A DNA stretch of 64,000 bases, taken from a virus. The stretch lies in the IMG/VR virus record IMGVR_UViG_3300042924_005659; one strand, 5' to 3'. The notes under the pieces are model-generated. The model saw only the letters and a program-made list of their open reading frames with translations. It ran no database searches and had not been told where the DNA came from. How positions within the stretch are numbered: position 1 is the first letter of the stretch; each line of letters starts with the position of its first letter. The position numbers were made by a program, and so were the translations under genes. Positions 10,997 through 21,451 of the stretch are shown piece by piece.

Positions 10997-13900
10997 TTAA
11001 GAACAGTTCGTTGAGTGTAGACTTACTCGAACATTCAAGTTTTTATTTGCGGACATTGAGCAATTTGCACCGCAAGCTATGGCAGGAGCCCTTAGGACTT
11101 TATTGTACAAGATAGCTGAGTTTGTTAAAAGCCCACCTCGAACATTGGTGTTTGTTACTGTTAAAGCTCTTCTAAAGTTAGCTTTATCTGCAGGTATTGC
11201 GGTTGTAGTTAACGCTGAAGCAGCCCCTGCCACTAAGCTGTATTGACTTCCGGTGGATATAAACGCACCTGTTGGCAGCACCTGCAGACTGGGATTCAGC
11301 GTTCCTATCTGATCCTTAATACCTAAAAATGGTCTATGGGGAAGAGTGGTAAATACGCTAAAGAAGTTGGCAGTGACTCTCTCTTTGAGTATTGCTTTGC
11401 GCAATAGAGTAAAGTCAAAGGGGGTATAGTAATCCTCTAAAGTTTGAGCTGCAGCAGTTTCTCTGTTTCCGGCAGGGCCGTACTTCTTTGTACCACATAT
11501 AAACTTGGAGTCAGCTAGAAAGCCGACAGGGTGTTTTCGACTTAATAATAATGAATCTATTTCGCATGGGCAGTTTAGTAGCCAGCGAGATTTAATATTA
11601 GGACCATTATAGACGTCGTCATATTCATTAAAAGCTGATATATCTGCTCCAAATGAAGGCCCTTGTCCTGGAAGTTCGTTCCATACTCCGGACTTGTTTG
11701 GACCATATAGAACATATGGCAATTCTCCGTCGTCTACTTCCACCTCAAGCGTTATGTTTACACTGCAGTTTGCATAACTGCTAGCACTAGTATAGTCTTT
11801 AATGTTAACATTTATTGTAGGCTCATTGAATGGAAGCACGACTTCAGGCGTAGTAGGGCTAGTTAAATTCCAAAAATTAGCAGTTACTACATTGCTTGTA
11901 TCTACGCTGACTGGGTAGTAGCAGCCTTGTTTGGATAGCGCAGGAACTGCAGCGGCAGTGTCTATAGGCCGTAGGAAATAAGGCGAAGTACCAGAATAGG
12001 CAGCAGTGACAGTGGGATTTATGCCCTGCTCATCGTATACGTCAACGGTGCCATACGTATAACCGACTGTCGGATGGAATCTATCAGAAAATCTATAAGT
12101 GGCAGCTGTGGTTGAAGCTTGTAGAAAAGAGTCTGCTGCTGCCGTATCTAGGTTTGCTTTAAGTTTGCTAAATACAGTCCAGGTGTTGTTCTTGTACGGT
12201 ATCGTCACTTCCCAGGAGGACAGAGGCAGATTTACCGTGCCCGAGGACGTGACAACAGATATGCGCACGTCCAAGCCTCTAATTTGTTTTGAATAAGCAG
12301 AAGCAGGAATAGTAATAGGAATAGTTTGAGTGCTGTAGCCGGATCCAGAATCCAGAAGACTCAAAGCAACGTTACCACTACTGGCTTCGACTATACGAAT
12401 GGGATTAGTGACAAGAGTGTAGGACTCGCCACAGTAGACTTTAGCGTCAGGGGCAAACAATCTCGGGACCAATGGCGCTATGGAGCCGTCTGTAAGAATG
12501 CGTTCGGCACCTGCCGTCTGGCCCTCACAGCCGTAGCCTACTATTCCCAGCTTGCATACTTTGCGCTGACCGAAGTGTATGTTGCCAACGGCATCTACCT
12601 TGAAGTGCGTATTAAACGCAGTAATATTAGCTAGATGAGCACCTGCGCTAATCTGGCTCCAGCTCGGACAGCTAGATCTGAATAGCACCGCACTATGCAT
12701 GCTGCCTGCTGCGTAGTCTATAACGTAATCAGTATACGTCTGTCGAGTGTAGCCAAGAGGAGAGTGGTATTCCAGCAAGGAGTTAAGAGACTCAAAGTTT
12801 ACTGCCTCCTCTGCCGCAGTTGCACAACATCTAACAGCCAGGCTGGATTGTGCGGAAGAGCTTACAAATGGGCGAAAGGCTGCAGCCGGAATAGCCGCAA
12901 CTTGGTTTCCGTTGAGTAGATCTCTAGCTCCTAGTGCAGGATTGGTAAAGGTACTAGGATACAGCTGAGGCTGGAATCCCAACAGAGATTGCATGGCCTC
13001 TACGGCATGGTGTCCAGGGGGTCCAAATATTGCACCAGACACTGTTCCACCAGTACTACCTATAGAGGTAGTTAGACTAGGAGGAGTGAAGCTTCTGTCG
13101 TAGGTGCTATTTACATTCCAGCGATAATGTCCGTAATAATTCTCCCAGGCATCAGTATTAACTGCCAATCCCTGCACCGATCCCCCTGCATAGGTTGCAT
13201 CGTAGCGAGAGACTGCATGAGTATCGAGGAAGCCAAGACCAAATACGCTGTCTGTACCTGATCCAATGCCGTAAATGGTGGTACCTGGAGGCGCTAGAGA
13301 TACCAGCGTGGTTCCGTATTCACGTCCATCTCCTGCTCCCCAGGAAATTAATGTCGGCCTAGAGTAGCGAGAACCTTCATTTGTAATCAGCCCAGGGGCA
13401 ACTAATGCCGTAGGAACAACACCAGTGAATAATTGTGTTCCAAGCTCGCTAACGATCTTAGGAGCTCTTGCAATAGTCCCCAAGCCTACTGCTACAGGCC
13501 AATCTCCATCGGTCACGGCCATTATGTGAGCCTTACCTACTTTAAAGCTCTGTAGTGGCACGCTGGGCAACAAAGACAGATCGATAGGAGCCTGGTAGTT
13601 GTCGCTAAACCAGCTACCCAGCCAAGCTACAGGCCTATTGTCCATATTAACAATGGCCACAGTGAGATTGGCGCTTGCCAATGCAGTAGTCGGCAGTATG
13701 TACTCTATGGTGCGATCTGTAGAGTCTCCACTAAGCCTACCCACTACTCCGTTAGCAATACGCTTTATTGGACCAAAGTGAAAGGACCTTGTCTTCATTG
13801 GCATAGCCGTAGAGCCAGGCCATAAGTACTCTTGTCCTACTCCCGTAGTGTCTTGTCTATTTCTGCGTGCTACCAAATTTCCAGAATAAGGACTGTTGGC

Positions 13901-16900
13901 TTCAAACCTTCCGTGAAGTTGATATGGCGCAAGTAAACTCGTTCTATATACGTCGTTGCCTGTAAAAAATACAGAGGCTTCATAGTCGTAAGTAGCGCCA
14001 GACCCGAGAGTCTCTGTACTCGTATCTGCAGGAGTTACCTTTTCTGGGCTTCTAGAAAACGTATTTAAGAACCCTATGTATACAGAGAAATCTCCGCAAC
14101 AGGCCATATCTTTGACCTTAAAGCGGCTTATAGTTACCGGGCAGTCAGTAAAAAAGTTTGGACTTCCTTGTGTGGTAGCATTGTTGCCAACAACACCTAC
14201 TGATGGCGAGGAGGCTATTGAACTATTTGGAGAAGGTGAGCCTACTAAATTCGATGTGCCGACATAAACTCCAAAATTAGTGCCAATTGAACGATTTAGA
14301 ATCTCAAAATATCTTGGAGTTGCAGTTGTTATCTGCGCGGTGGCCCCCATACCAGAAAGGGTACCTGCAGGATTGTTTGCCGGATCTGTATTGTAGCCGG
14401 TAGTTCCACCGCTTACTGGCTGATATCTACTGCCAAGTATTCCAGTACACCCAGTCCCCTGTGTTTGAAAGTACCGGGGGCTAAATGCGCAACCCCAGGA
14501 AACTACTCTGCCGTGAAGGTATACCTTGTCGTCTATTAAAAATTGATCTGTTGTGGTGCCTCTTGATACGGAAAAAACTATTCCGTGTGTCGAGAAAGGC
14601 CCGCACACTACCTTTTTAAACTGTAGATCCTGAAAATACCTGGACTTATAAGGTGAGTTGACTGAACCCGAAAATCTGAATAATTGCGGAGCTGTTTCAA
14701 CAATAGTATTAGTAGAAAGTGGAGCTCTGTACTGGCTTAAGCCCTGGCAAAAATGCGGATAAGTATCGGCGCCGTATAGAACGTCATTGTTGGTGTAGCT
14801 GGTACCCCAAACTACAGCACTGCCTAAAGCAGGCACAAAGCCATTTTGAACAGAGGTCCTCTGGTTTGTGGCTCCACGACCTGCGCCTATGCACTGAATT
14901 TTAAGCTGTTGATCTATGATTGCGGTATGAAATGCACCTGCAGCGATCATGCCCTTCATTCTGGTTGCGCCAGTAGGTTCCGCTACTGAAAATCCAGCCG
15001 CTGTCTTTTGACCTATGTTTACGGTGCCTCCAGTAGTCACCTGCTTAGATATAGTGGTAACGCTCGTATATACGGAAAACGTAGTATAGCTTTCTGAGCT
15101 CTGAGAGCTAGTTCCCGGAGGATCTTTTGCGGGAGTAGCCAAGTGGGCAAAGCCAGTTGTAGCATCCCCAGAAGCGTACAGTAAACTTTGACCAAAGTGA
15201 ACTGACTTGTACTGTGCTGGCACAGCTGGAGGAATTACATCTCCGGCAGTTTGAACTCTACCGGTGGTGCTTACCCATGGTCCTCCTGCACCCCATACGT
15301 ATACAACCCCTGCTTTAGATCTAGCCACCGTATGGAATGCTCCAGCGGAAACTTCCATAATAGGATCGGTGGCAGCAGTTGTTCTTACAGTCCCTGTGCT
15401 GTCCAACAAGCTAATTTCGTCAGGCACTTCACATTGATAGTAAAGATTATTGCCCCAAGCGTACACCCAACCTTGATTAGTAACTACGACAACATGGCCT
15501 GGTAGATTGGAATAATTGATATGGTTTCCGTATCGGCTAGACCACGAATGTGGATATCTGTAGCTATAGATATCTGTGTCGGCATCATTGGTTGGGTTAA
15601 ACCTTCTAGCCTGGAGTTCAGCTACTTCATCCGAGTACACACCGTGGTGTATATAGCTCCAACCGGACTGCGGTAATACTGGCGGCGAGTTAGATACCGC
15701 CACGTCTGAAATTGTTACGTTTACATCGCGCATTGGGTCAGGCAGTATCAACTGACCCCATCTATTGCTGCCCCAGACTACAACCTTTCCTCCAGTAACT
15801 ATGGCGCCGTTGAAAGTACCTAGGGCCATAACGTGCCCTCCACCTCCATGTAAAATCTGATCGCTTACAAAGGCAGTTTTTACACTGGCGGTAGAGGTAT
15901 TGTATAGCGATGACGAAGTAGTGGAAGTACGAGGGTCTACTCCCAGCAACATGTTAGAGGCAGGAATAAAGTCTGCACTCCTGGGAGGAGCATGCATTAT
16001 CTTGTTTATGACCTGAGATTCGCCCGATTGTATTGTCGGATCTGCGTGGGCTGTGAACATAAACTCGAGATGCTTTGTGTCTTTATTTAAAAACACATAG
16101 CCGTACTGCATTGCCTTTACGTCTTCGTATCGGCTGGATCTTAATCCCTGTGGATATGCTGCGCTCCAAAAAGCATTACTTGCCGTAACTACAGATTGGT
16201 CAGTCTTTACGCTAGTCCAGTTGCTATTAAAAAACAAAGACGGCTTACATGCCGCATTATCTTTAAGGGGGGAGCCATAGGCAAGATACGAGTGAAAGAA
16301 ATATGTCGGCCAGTCTGTACCGGGAGCTACATTGGCTGCGCTTCCAAACATACCTATGAAGGCCGTGTAGTTACCTTTAGTACCTACAAAAGAAAACTCG
16401 CCATAGCTGTCCGTCTGAGTAGATAGAGCTGCAAACGATCTAACGTAATTAGGCGTTGTCTGAGTGCCAAATGCAGAAGCAGACATAGCTCCGGTAGTGG
16501 CATTAAATCCACCTAAAGTTGGAGCGTTGGTAGAGGCCTGCAACATGGCCAAAGATCTTCTGTGTCTCTCAAGGTAGTTACCCCCAAACTCATCAAGATC
16601 AGATACCTGATTACCGACTATTGTCGGATACTTGACTACAACGGGTGTATAGTATGGGAGTTTGCTTGAACTAACATCAGCCAATAAGTACGCATAGCCG
16701 CTGCCTGCGCTTGGTATACTGATCCCAGAGGCGCTGAAACTTACAGGCACACTCCCAACTACAGAAGATGTCCAAAGGGCATTTAGGCGTTCGGACAGTT
16801 GCGCAGAACCAAAGTTATAAGTAAATCCGTCCTTTTTAAAAACGTAATTTAAAGGATCGTTTGGATTATTGGCAGTCCCGCCAATATTGAGGGCAAACAC

Positions 16901-17326
16901 AGGCGATACGTTTGAGGTCGAGAGCTCTGCAGGCAAGCCATTTAAAGAGATACTATTAAGAACAACGCCGTCTACATAATATGGTTTTAAGATGGGGTTA
17001 GGTGTTGCAAAGCCCTCTATATACGTACCGCCTACAACCTTTACGTTTCTATTTCTGGCCTCAACGCGTACTCTGTTGCCAGCACTAGGAATACTGTCGT
17101 GTAGAAACTCTCTTATGACCAGATGGTTTGGTCCGGCATATACAGAATCTACAGTGACTGCGGAGTTTCCTCTCACAGAACTCTTCGCTGCGATGAGGCA
17201 TGGAAAAACTCCAGGACAGGGCTGAATCTGCCCAAGAGGTCCTCCTGAGGTAGAATCAATAGATCCCTGAGATGTTATGCCGGACGAAGAGTAGTCTCGG
17301 TTTACGCCTAGATAGACCGTAGGCAT
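10997..17326 (-). CDS. Large (2109 aa) RCC1-like repeat protein, Ser/Thr/Gly-rich; probable virion-associated
   Basis: ORF track; repeats such as VVVWGSNRWGQL, VYAWGNNLYYQCEVP, VSAGAFHTVARSKAGVVYVWG, IAAGAFHTAII. Confidence 0.8.
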   Translation of the reverse strand: MPTVYLGVNRDYSSSGITSQGSIDSTSGGPLGQIQPCPGVFPCLIAAKSSVRGNSAVTVDSVYAGPNHLVIREFLHDSIPSAGNRVRVEARNRNVKVVGGTYIEGFATPNPILKPYYVDGVVLNSISLNGLPAELSTSNVSPVFALNIGGTANNPNDPLNYVFKKDGFTYNFGSAQLSERLNALWTSSVVGSVPVSFSASGISIPSAGSGYAYLLADVSSSKLPYYTPVVVKYPTIVGNQVSDLDEFGGNYLERHRRSLAMLQASTNAPTLGGFNATTGAMSASAFGTQTTPNYVRSFAALSTQTDSYGEFSFVGTKGNYTAFIGMFGSAANVAPGTDWPTYFFHSYLAYGSPLKDNAACKPSLFFNSNWTSVKTDQSVVTASNAFWSAAYPQGLRSSRYEDVKAMQYGYVFLNKDTKHLEFMFTAHADPTIQSGESQVINKIMHAPPRSADFIPASNMLLGVDPRTSTTSSSLYNTSTASVKTAFVSDQILHGGGGHVMALGTFNGAIVTGGKVVVWGSNRWGQLILPDPMRDVNVTISDVAVSNSPPVLPQSGWSYIHHGVYSDEVAELQARRFNPTNDADTDIYSYRYPHSWSSRYGNHINYSNLPGHVVVVTNQGWVYAWGNNLYYQCEVPDEISLLDSTGTVRTTAATDPIMEVSAGAFHTVARSKAGVVYVWGAGGPWVSTTGRVQTAGDVIPPAVPAQYKSVHFGQSLLYASGDATTGFAHLATPAKDPPGTSSQSSESYTTFSVYTSVTTISKQVTTGGTVNIGQKTAAGFSVAEPTGATRMKGMIAAGAFHTAIIDQQLKIQCIGAGRGATNQRTSVQNGFVPALGSAVVWGTSYTNNDVLYGADTYPHFCQGLSQYRAPLSTNTIVETAPQLFRFSGSVNSPYKSRYFQDLQFKKVVCGPFSTHGIVFSVSRGTTTDQFLIDDKVYLHGRVVSWGCAFSPRYFQTQGTGCTGILGSRYQPVSGGTTGYNTDPANNPAGTLSGMGATAQITTATPRYFEILNRSIGTNFGVYVGTSNLVGSPSPNSSIASSPSVGVVGNNATTQGSPNFFTDCPVTISRFKVKDMACCGDFSVYIGFLNTFSRSPEKVTPADTSTETLGSGATYDYEASVFFTGNDVYRTSLLAPYQLHGRFEANSPYSGNLVARRNRQDTTGVGQEYLWPGSTAMPMKTRSFHFGPIKRIANGVVGRLSGDSTDRTIEYILPTTALASANLTVAIVNMDNRPVAWLGSWFSDNYQAPIDLSLLPSVPLQSFKVGKAHIMAVTDGDWPVAVGLGTIARAPKIVSELGTQLFTGVVPTALVAPGLITNEGSRYSRPTLISWGAGDGREYGTTLVSLAPPGTTIYGIGSGTDSVFGLGFLDTHAVSRYDATYAGGSVQGLAVNTDAWENYYGHYRWNVNSTYDRSFTPPSLTTSIGSTGGTVSGAIFGPPGHHAVEAMQSLLGFQPQLYPSTFTNPALGARDLLNGNQVAAIPAAAFRPFVSSSAQSSLAVRCCATAAEEAVNFESLNSLLEYHSPLGYTRQTYTDYVIDYAAGSMHSAVLFRSSCPSWSQISAGAHLANITAFNTHFKVDAVGNIHFGQRKVCKLGIVGYGCEGQTAGAERILTDGSIAPLVPRLFAPDAKVYCGESYTLVTNPIRIVEASSGNVALSLLDSGSGYSTQTIPITIPASAYSKQIRGLDVRISVVTSSGTVNLPLSSWEVTIPYKNNTWTVFSKLKANLDTAAADSFLQASTTAATYRFSDRFHPTVGYTYGTVDVYDEQGINPTVTAAYSGTSPYFLRPIDTAAAVPALSKQGCYYPVSVDTSNVVTANFWNLTSPTTPEVVLPFNEPTINVNIKDYTSASSYANCSVNITLEVEVDDGELPYVLYGPNKSGVWNELPGQGPSFGADISAFNEYDDVYNGPNIKSRWLLNCPCEIDSLLLSRKHPVGFLADSKFICGTKKYGPAGNRETAAAQTLEDYYTPFDFTLLRKAILKERVTANFFSVFTTLPHRPFLGIKDQIGTLNPSLQVLPTGAFISTGSQYSLVAGAASALTTTAIPADKANFRRALTVTNTNVRGGLLTNSAILYNKVLRAPAIACGANCSMSANKNLNVRVSLHSTNCS

Positions 17327-17337
17327 TTAAACACACC

Positions 17338-17547
17338 TTAGAATGCGGTAGGTACTGTCTTACCAGCGTTTTTATCGAGAGGTTGAGCAGCAGGCTCCTC
17401 AACAACAATAGGGGCTTCTACAGCAGGTTCAGGTAGATGAGCAGCCTCAGGCTCAACTGAGGCAGACTCAACAACTTCTACAACGTGCTCAGGAGTAGGC
17501 TCTGGAGCTGTATCTTCATTCATGTTGTTTCTCTTTTTCTTAGCCAT
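17338..17547 (-). CDS. Hypothetical acidic Pro/Glu-rich protein
   Basis: ORF track; co-oriented and tightly packed with neighbours. Confidence 0.6.
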   Translation of the reverse strand: MAKKKRNNMNEDTAPEPTPEHVVEVVESASVEPEAAHLPEPAVEAPIVVEEPAAQPLDKNAGKTVPTAF

Positions 17548-17559
17548 ATAGGGCTTTCT

Positions 17560-17593
17560 AAAAGTATAGGGCCGTCTCTTCAGACGGCCCTAT
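17560..17593 (-). terminator. Rho-independent terminator-like hairpin
   Basis: ATAGGGCCGTCT-GAAG-AGACGGCCCTAT stem followed by ACTTTT on - strand. Confidence 0.6.
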
Positions 17594-17621
17594 TATAGCT
17601 GGAATTTCCAGAACTCTCTAG

Positions 17622-17750
17622 TTACTTCTTATTCCAGGGAAGCTTGGGTGCAACCCAGTCCCAAAGAGGCTTGCCGATCAGTGCGCCGGCTACGAAAACC
17701 ATTGCGGTGTAGAAAACGGTGCCGAGAAACGAAGAGAAAAATAGTTCCAT
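17622..17750 (-). CDS. Small membrane protein (42 aa), below ORF-track cutoff
   Basis: Manual translation MELFFSSFLGTVFYTAMVFVAGALIGKPLWDWVAPKLPWNKK*; one hydrophobic helix; ATG 2 nt after the previous stop. Confidence 0.65.
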   Translation of the reverse strand: MELFFSSFLGTVFYTAMVFVAGALIGKPLWDWVAPKLPWNKK

Positions 17751-17752
17751 AT

Positions 17753-18160
17753 TTATACTTCCTTTTTGATGCAGTTCTCTAACTCAACTCTTAGGTGATT
17801 GTTTTCCTTAATTAAGACACTACAGGTTCTTTCAAGATCGTCGTTTTGTCTTTTAAGGGCTTCTATTTCACGCAAAAGATTTATATTAGAGAGACGTAGT
17901 TCAGACAGTTCGTGTTCCAATTTCAAGTTTTTACGAGCAAGATCTTCAGTCTTATCCTCTAGGCTCTTAAGAGAGTTCTGAAGCTTATCCGTCATTTTCA
18001 TTGCCATCTCAACGAGAGATATTTCTCCTTCGACGGCAATCTTCTTTGCCTCAGCCTTGGTCTTATTCTTGTCTACCAGCGCTTTGACCACCATGGTGAG
18101 GATTCCTCCAGCCGCCAAGGCCGTAAGCAATTCCAGCACCTTGGACAGGTCTAAAGACAT
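17753..18160 (-). CDS. Membrane-anchored coiled-coil protein
   Basis: N-terminal hydrophobic helix (LLTALAAGGILTMVV) followed by heptad-rich coiled coil. Confidence 0.65.
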   Translation of the reverse strand: MSLDLSKVLELLTALAAGGILTMVVKALVDKNKTKAEAKKIAVEGEISLVEMAMKMTDKLQNSLKSLEDKTEDLARKNLKLEHELSELRLSNINLLREIEALKRQNDDLERTCSVLIKENNHLRVELENCIKKEV

Positions 18161-18165
18161 TGGTA

Positions 18166-18867
18166 TTACTCAAGCGTAATGGTGATTGCTTGCGTTGCAA
18201 ATACGGGAGTGTCGCCTTCGTTCAACAATCTAGAGGCAGACAAATCTCCATAAGCAATAATTAATGGAGCTCCGCCGTTATTACTGGCCACAAGCTGACT
18301 GGCAGGATTAGTGGCGCTAGGAGCAGCATCAGTTCCCTGAGCAGTAATTACAAAGCCATAAACACTCATAGCTCCTGAAGTAGCTCCCAATGCAGGGAAT
18401 CCAATTTGAAGATTGCTTTGCGCCTGGCCTTTACTACTAGTTTCCGATAGTGACCAACCTTGCCAAGTGTGAGTAGTGCCGCCGCTAGCAACCATTGCCT
18501 TTCCAGTGTATCCAAAGTAGTTACCAGCAGCACCTGTTCCAAAAGAGGGGGTTCCGCCAACGTTAGCAAAAGAGCCAGAAATAGTGCCTAACGAAGGAGT
18601 TCCTTGAAAGTTTGAATCGTTAAGATTATTAGCAGCAATGTTAGCACCGGTTGCTGCAACACTTCCAAATACAAGATGGCACGTGTGAACTACGTTAGCC
18701 CCTGCAGAAAAAATACCCCATTGGCTTCCTGCAGCAACATGGCTATTGTAGATTCTAAAGTTTGCTGCAGTAGTAGTAGTAGCTGTTATTGGAGCTAGTG
18801 CTGTAGTAGAGCTGGGAAACACTGCTCGCATGATTTGAAGCGCTACGTTTGAAGTAAATGAACCCAT
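18166..18867 (-). CDS. Putative virion structural protein
   Basis: C-terminus IIAYGDLSASRLLNEGDTPVFATQAITITLE resembles the end of small phage tail/fibre-associated proteins; upstream AGGAG RBS. Confidence 0.45.
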   Translation of the reverse strand: MGSFTSNVALQIMRAVFPSSTTALAPITATTTTAANFRIYNSHVAAGSQWGIFSAGANVVHTCHLVFGSVAATGANIAANNLNDSNFQGTPSLGTISGSFANVGGTPSFGTGAAGNYFGYTGKAMVASGGTTHTWQGWSLSETSSKGQAQSNLQIGFPALGATSGAMSVYGFVITAQGTDAAPSATNPASQLVASNNGGAPLIIAYGDLSASRLLNEGDTPVFATQAITITLE

Positions 18868-18901
18868 AAGTAAGGTCTCCTAGAGTGATCTTGAAAAGCG
18901 G

Positions 18902-18930
18902 ATTGTACCAAAAGGACAGTGGAGTAACAA
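18902..18930 (-). promoter_or_regulatory. Sigma70-like promoter
   Basis: TTGTTA-N17-TACAAT with a TG just upstream of the -10 (TGGTACAAT), upstream of the structural gene block. Confidence 0.5.
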
Positions 18931-18949
18931 CTGATAGCTAAAAAAGCTC

Positions 18950-19423
18950 CTAGGCGGAGCCTGCATGACCGGGTAACACCAGTCCTACGGCAGAATTATG
19001 CGCTAACTGGACATTGCTGTCAAGCTGACGCACATAGCCGTCCGGACAAGTATAGTATATTTCATCAAAAAGAGCTGAACACCAGGGCAAGCACAATGCA
19101 CAAGGTCTAGCCATACGCATTTGTTCGTTTTTATTAAAACGAATATTAATCAGCGTAAGTTTATCTTTGTGCGAGCATTTAAGAAATGCATTTAATTCAC
19201 TGTGCTGCTCTCCGAAGCGGTAGCCGATCTTACTGGCTATGGGATGCCCTTTAAAAGCATTTGTACCCATAGCCAGCAACCGACCTTTTCTGATAATCAG
19301 AGATACATGTTTTTTAGTTCTAGGGATATCCAAGCACGCCGGCAAGGCCTGCTCTATAAACCTATGTATTCTGGGATCCTTGCAAACAAGATCCAGCTCC
19401 ATGTCTCTGAATATGGCGGTCAT
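18950..19423 (-). CDS. Cytidine/dCMP deaminase-fold Zn-dependent protein
   Basis: HxE motif (QHSELNA) and PCxxC motif (RPCALC). Confidence 0.75.
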   Translation of the reverse strand: MTAIFRDMELDLVCKDPRIHRFIEQALPACLDIPRTKKHVSLIIRKGRLLAMGTNAFKGHPIASKIGYRFGEQHSELNAFLKCSHKDKLTLINIRFNKNEQMRMARPCALCLPWCSALFDEIYYTCPDGYVRQLDSNVQLAHNSAVGLVLPGHAGSA

Positions 19424-19770
19424 CTGGGTCTGGGTGCAAACTTCTCGACAATCACTTCGTGCAGAATGTCGATCGTGCGCTGGATATTGGAAAGAACTTC
19501 CTGATCCTCGCCGGAGACCTTGGAGTTATCGTCTCGCTCCAAAGCCACTCGAAGTAAGTCCACCGATCCGAACAACTGGTTCACAATGGAATACTGAGTA
19601 AGCAGGTCTTCCAGTGTCTGACCGTAGATCTCAGCCTTGTCTACAGGAGCCTTGGACAGGTTCTTGTAGGGGCTGAGATCTACGCCCTGGTTATCGTAAA
19701 AGTACAGCTTTGCGCCAAAGGCGCTTAGTGGAGTACTTTGATTGATCGGCACTTCAGGCATTGTGAACAC
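19420..19770 (-). CDS. Hypothetical protein
   Basis: ORF track; overlapping start/stop with neighbours. Confidence 0.6.
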   Translation of the reverse strand: MFTMPEVPINQSTPLSAFGAKLYFYDNQGVDLSPYKNLSKAPVDKAEIYGQTLEDLLTQYSIVNQLFGSVDLLRVALERDDNSKVSGEDQEVLSNIQRTIDILHEVIVEKFAPRPR

Positions 19771-20131
19771 CTCTCTTGGGGCCGCCCTTCTTGAGGGCCT
19801 GATCTACCATCTTCCAGTTTATAAATTCCGAGACTATCTGATCCGCACGAACCATGTGGTTGTGCTGATCCTCGGGATTTAGATTCTGAAATGGTACAAA
19901 CAACTTCATCAGATTTTCTACCTCGGTAGAAACGATGTAGCCTTGGTCAATCATGCTCATGGCCCATTCGCACCACTGCTGATGCAGCTTAGCGGCGATG
20001 GTCTGAGTCAGGACTTGAGCGTATAGCCTCCGGTAGATGTGAGGATCTCGGGGGTCGTATACAGCTTTGGAATCGAAGTTATCTGCTTGAGCCATGTGCG
20101 GGAGCTTAATCGATGACCGGACGGCGGTCAA
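19754..20131 (-). CDS. Hypothetical protein
   Basis: ORF track; true start may be the internal MAQADNF. Confidence 0.55.
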   Translation of the reverse strand: MTAVRSSIKLPHMAQADNFDSKAVYDPRDPHIYRRLYAQVLTQTIAAKLHQQWCEWAMSMIDQGYIVSTEVENLMKLFVPFQNLNPEDQHNHMVRADQIVSEFINWKMVDQALKKGGPKRGVHNA

Positions 20132-20429
20132 GTTGTGCTGTGAAAAAAGCTTCGACAGTTTCCTTGATGTGCTTGAGACGAGCCTCGCTCTCGTTCAGCT
20201 TTTCGCGATCCTGTTCCATTCGGTGCATGAGCTTCTCGACATCCTGCTGAAGCAGATCAATGACCTCGGTCAAGGCCTTGATCTCCTCCTGCAGCGACTC
20301 TGGATCCGAGAAGTGCAGATTGTGCTGTACTGCCTGAACAGCCTCCTTGGCCAGTAACTCCTGGTCCTCTGGGGACAGGGAGTACTTCTTGCAGACTTCC
20401 TTCAGTTCGACTAATAACGTGCTTCTCAT
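20106..20429 (-). CDS. Hypothetical coiled-coil protein
   Basis: Start re-assigned to the ATG at 20429 (MRSTLL), which overlaps the upstream TGA as ATGA. Confidence 0.6.
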   Translation of the reverse strand: MRSTLLVELKEVCKKYSLSPEDQELLAKEAVQAVQHNLHFSDPESLQEEIKALTEVIDLLQQDVEKLMHRMEQDREKLNESEARLKHIKETVEAFFTAQLDRRPVID

Positions 20430-20776
20430 CTTTGTTCTTTCGTGTGAATTACCACGGCGAGCCAATTTTCCTTCTGTAGCTCTTGTGGCATTTCCAACTC
20501 AATGATTTTAAAACGTCCTCTGGTCCTTTTACCAGGAAGGCCCGGATAGTAGTAGGAGGTAACGTGGAGGTCTGGGCCTCCTTCGAAATCCACCATGGCT
20601 ATACAGTCTGGGCTTAGGCCTAGCTCTATCACATCGGATGGAGCAGGTCCGCTGAATCTACTGAATGTGCTGTGGCCTTCCAACAGGTATTTACCTACTC
20701 CCAAGTAGGTTTCGTATCTGGGCCGGCCGTATCTAGACATCTCTTTGCATATCCGATGCGAAACATGCTCATCCAT
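20426..20776 (-). CDS. Hypothetical protein
   Basis: ORF track; operon packing. Confidence 0.55.
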   Translation of the reverse strand: MDEHVSHRICKEMSRYGRPRYETYLGVGKYLLEGHSTFSRFSGPAPSDVIELGLSPDCIAMVDFEGGPDLHVTSYYYPGLPGKRTRGRFKIIELEMPQELQKENWLAVVIHTKEQR

Positions 20777-21146
20777 TCAGCGCCCTTCTGTATTCCTCTC
20801 GAAGATCCTTGAGTCGCTGCAGCTCGTCATGCTCGAGCTCCTCCAAGGACATGTGAGAAAGGTCGAACATCTTGGAGCTCCTCATCCGCATTGCTGCAAG
20901 CTTTGCACGAACCTCGAGTTCGGGCTCCGACGCTTCCAGCAAATCTTCAATAGGCCTCACGTGGTCCTGTAGTCGACGAGCCATCTCCAGAACAAATGGC
21001 AATGGCAGGGATACGCTCATCTGCAGATCCAGGCCAAAATTCACGTCCAGAGAAACCATGTCGCTGAAGCACTGGCTGTACATGTGCAACCGCACTCCTC
21101 CTGGAATCTGGCTTTCAAACATACAGATTGTTGCCTTGCTGCTCAT
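20769..21146 (-). CDS. Hypothetical protein
   Basis: Start re-assigned to the ATG at 21146 (MSSKAT), ATGA overlap with the upstream stop. Confidence 0.55.
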   Translation of the reverse strand: MSSKATICMFESQIPGGVRLHMYSQCFSDMVSLDVNFGLDLQMSVSLPLPFVLEMARRLQDHVRPIEDLLEASEPELEVRAKLAAMRMRSSKMFDLSHMSLEELEHDELQRLKDLREEYRRALNG

Positions 21147-21442
21147 TCGTCGTCCTCTATTTGTCTGTAGCCGCACTTCCACAGGAGCTGCGCCAGCTCC
21201 TTGCCGTGACGGCTGATTGTTTCCTCTGAGTCCTCGGGCCACTGTGCGTGCAAAGCCTCATGGAGTATGGTCTCCAGTCGGGCCTTGCCCCGCAATACTT
21301 GTCTGACTCTGATGCCTCTCTTGGGGTCGTCCGGAGGGCTGCAGTCAGCCCAGCGGTCGTTTGGTATCTCGCTGCTGCGTACAAACCGAAACCTCCAGCG
21401 AAGATTGCCTAGATATACCCAGAACGAGCTGAAGGGTTTCAT
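21143..21442 (-). CDS. Small HExxH zincin-like metallopeptidase-domain protein
   Basis: ETILHEALHAQWP motif. Confidence 0.5.
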   Translation of the reverse strand: MKPFSSFWVYLGNLRWRFRFVRSSEIPNDRWADCSPPDDPKRGIRVRQVLRGKARLETILHEALHAQWPEDSEETISRHGKELAQLLWKCGYRQIEDDE

Positions 21443-21451
21443 GGGTAGTCC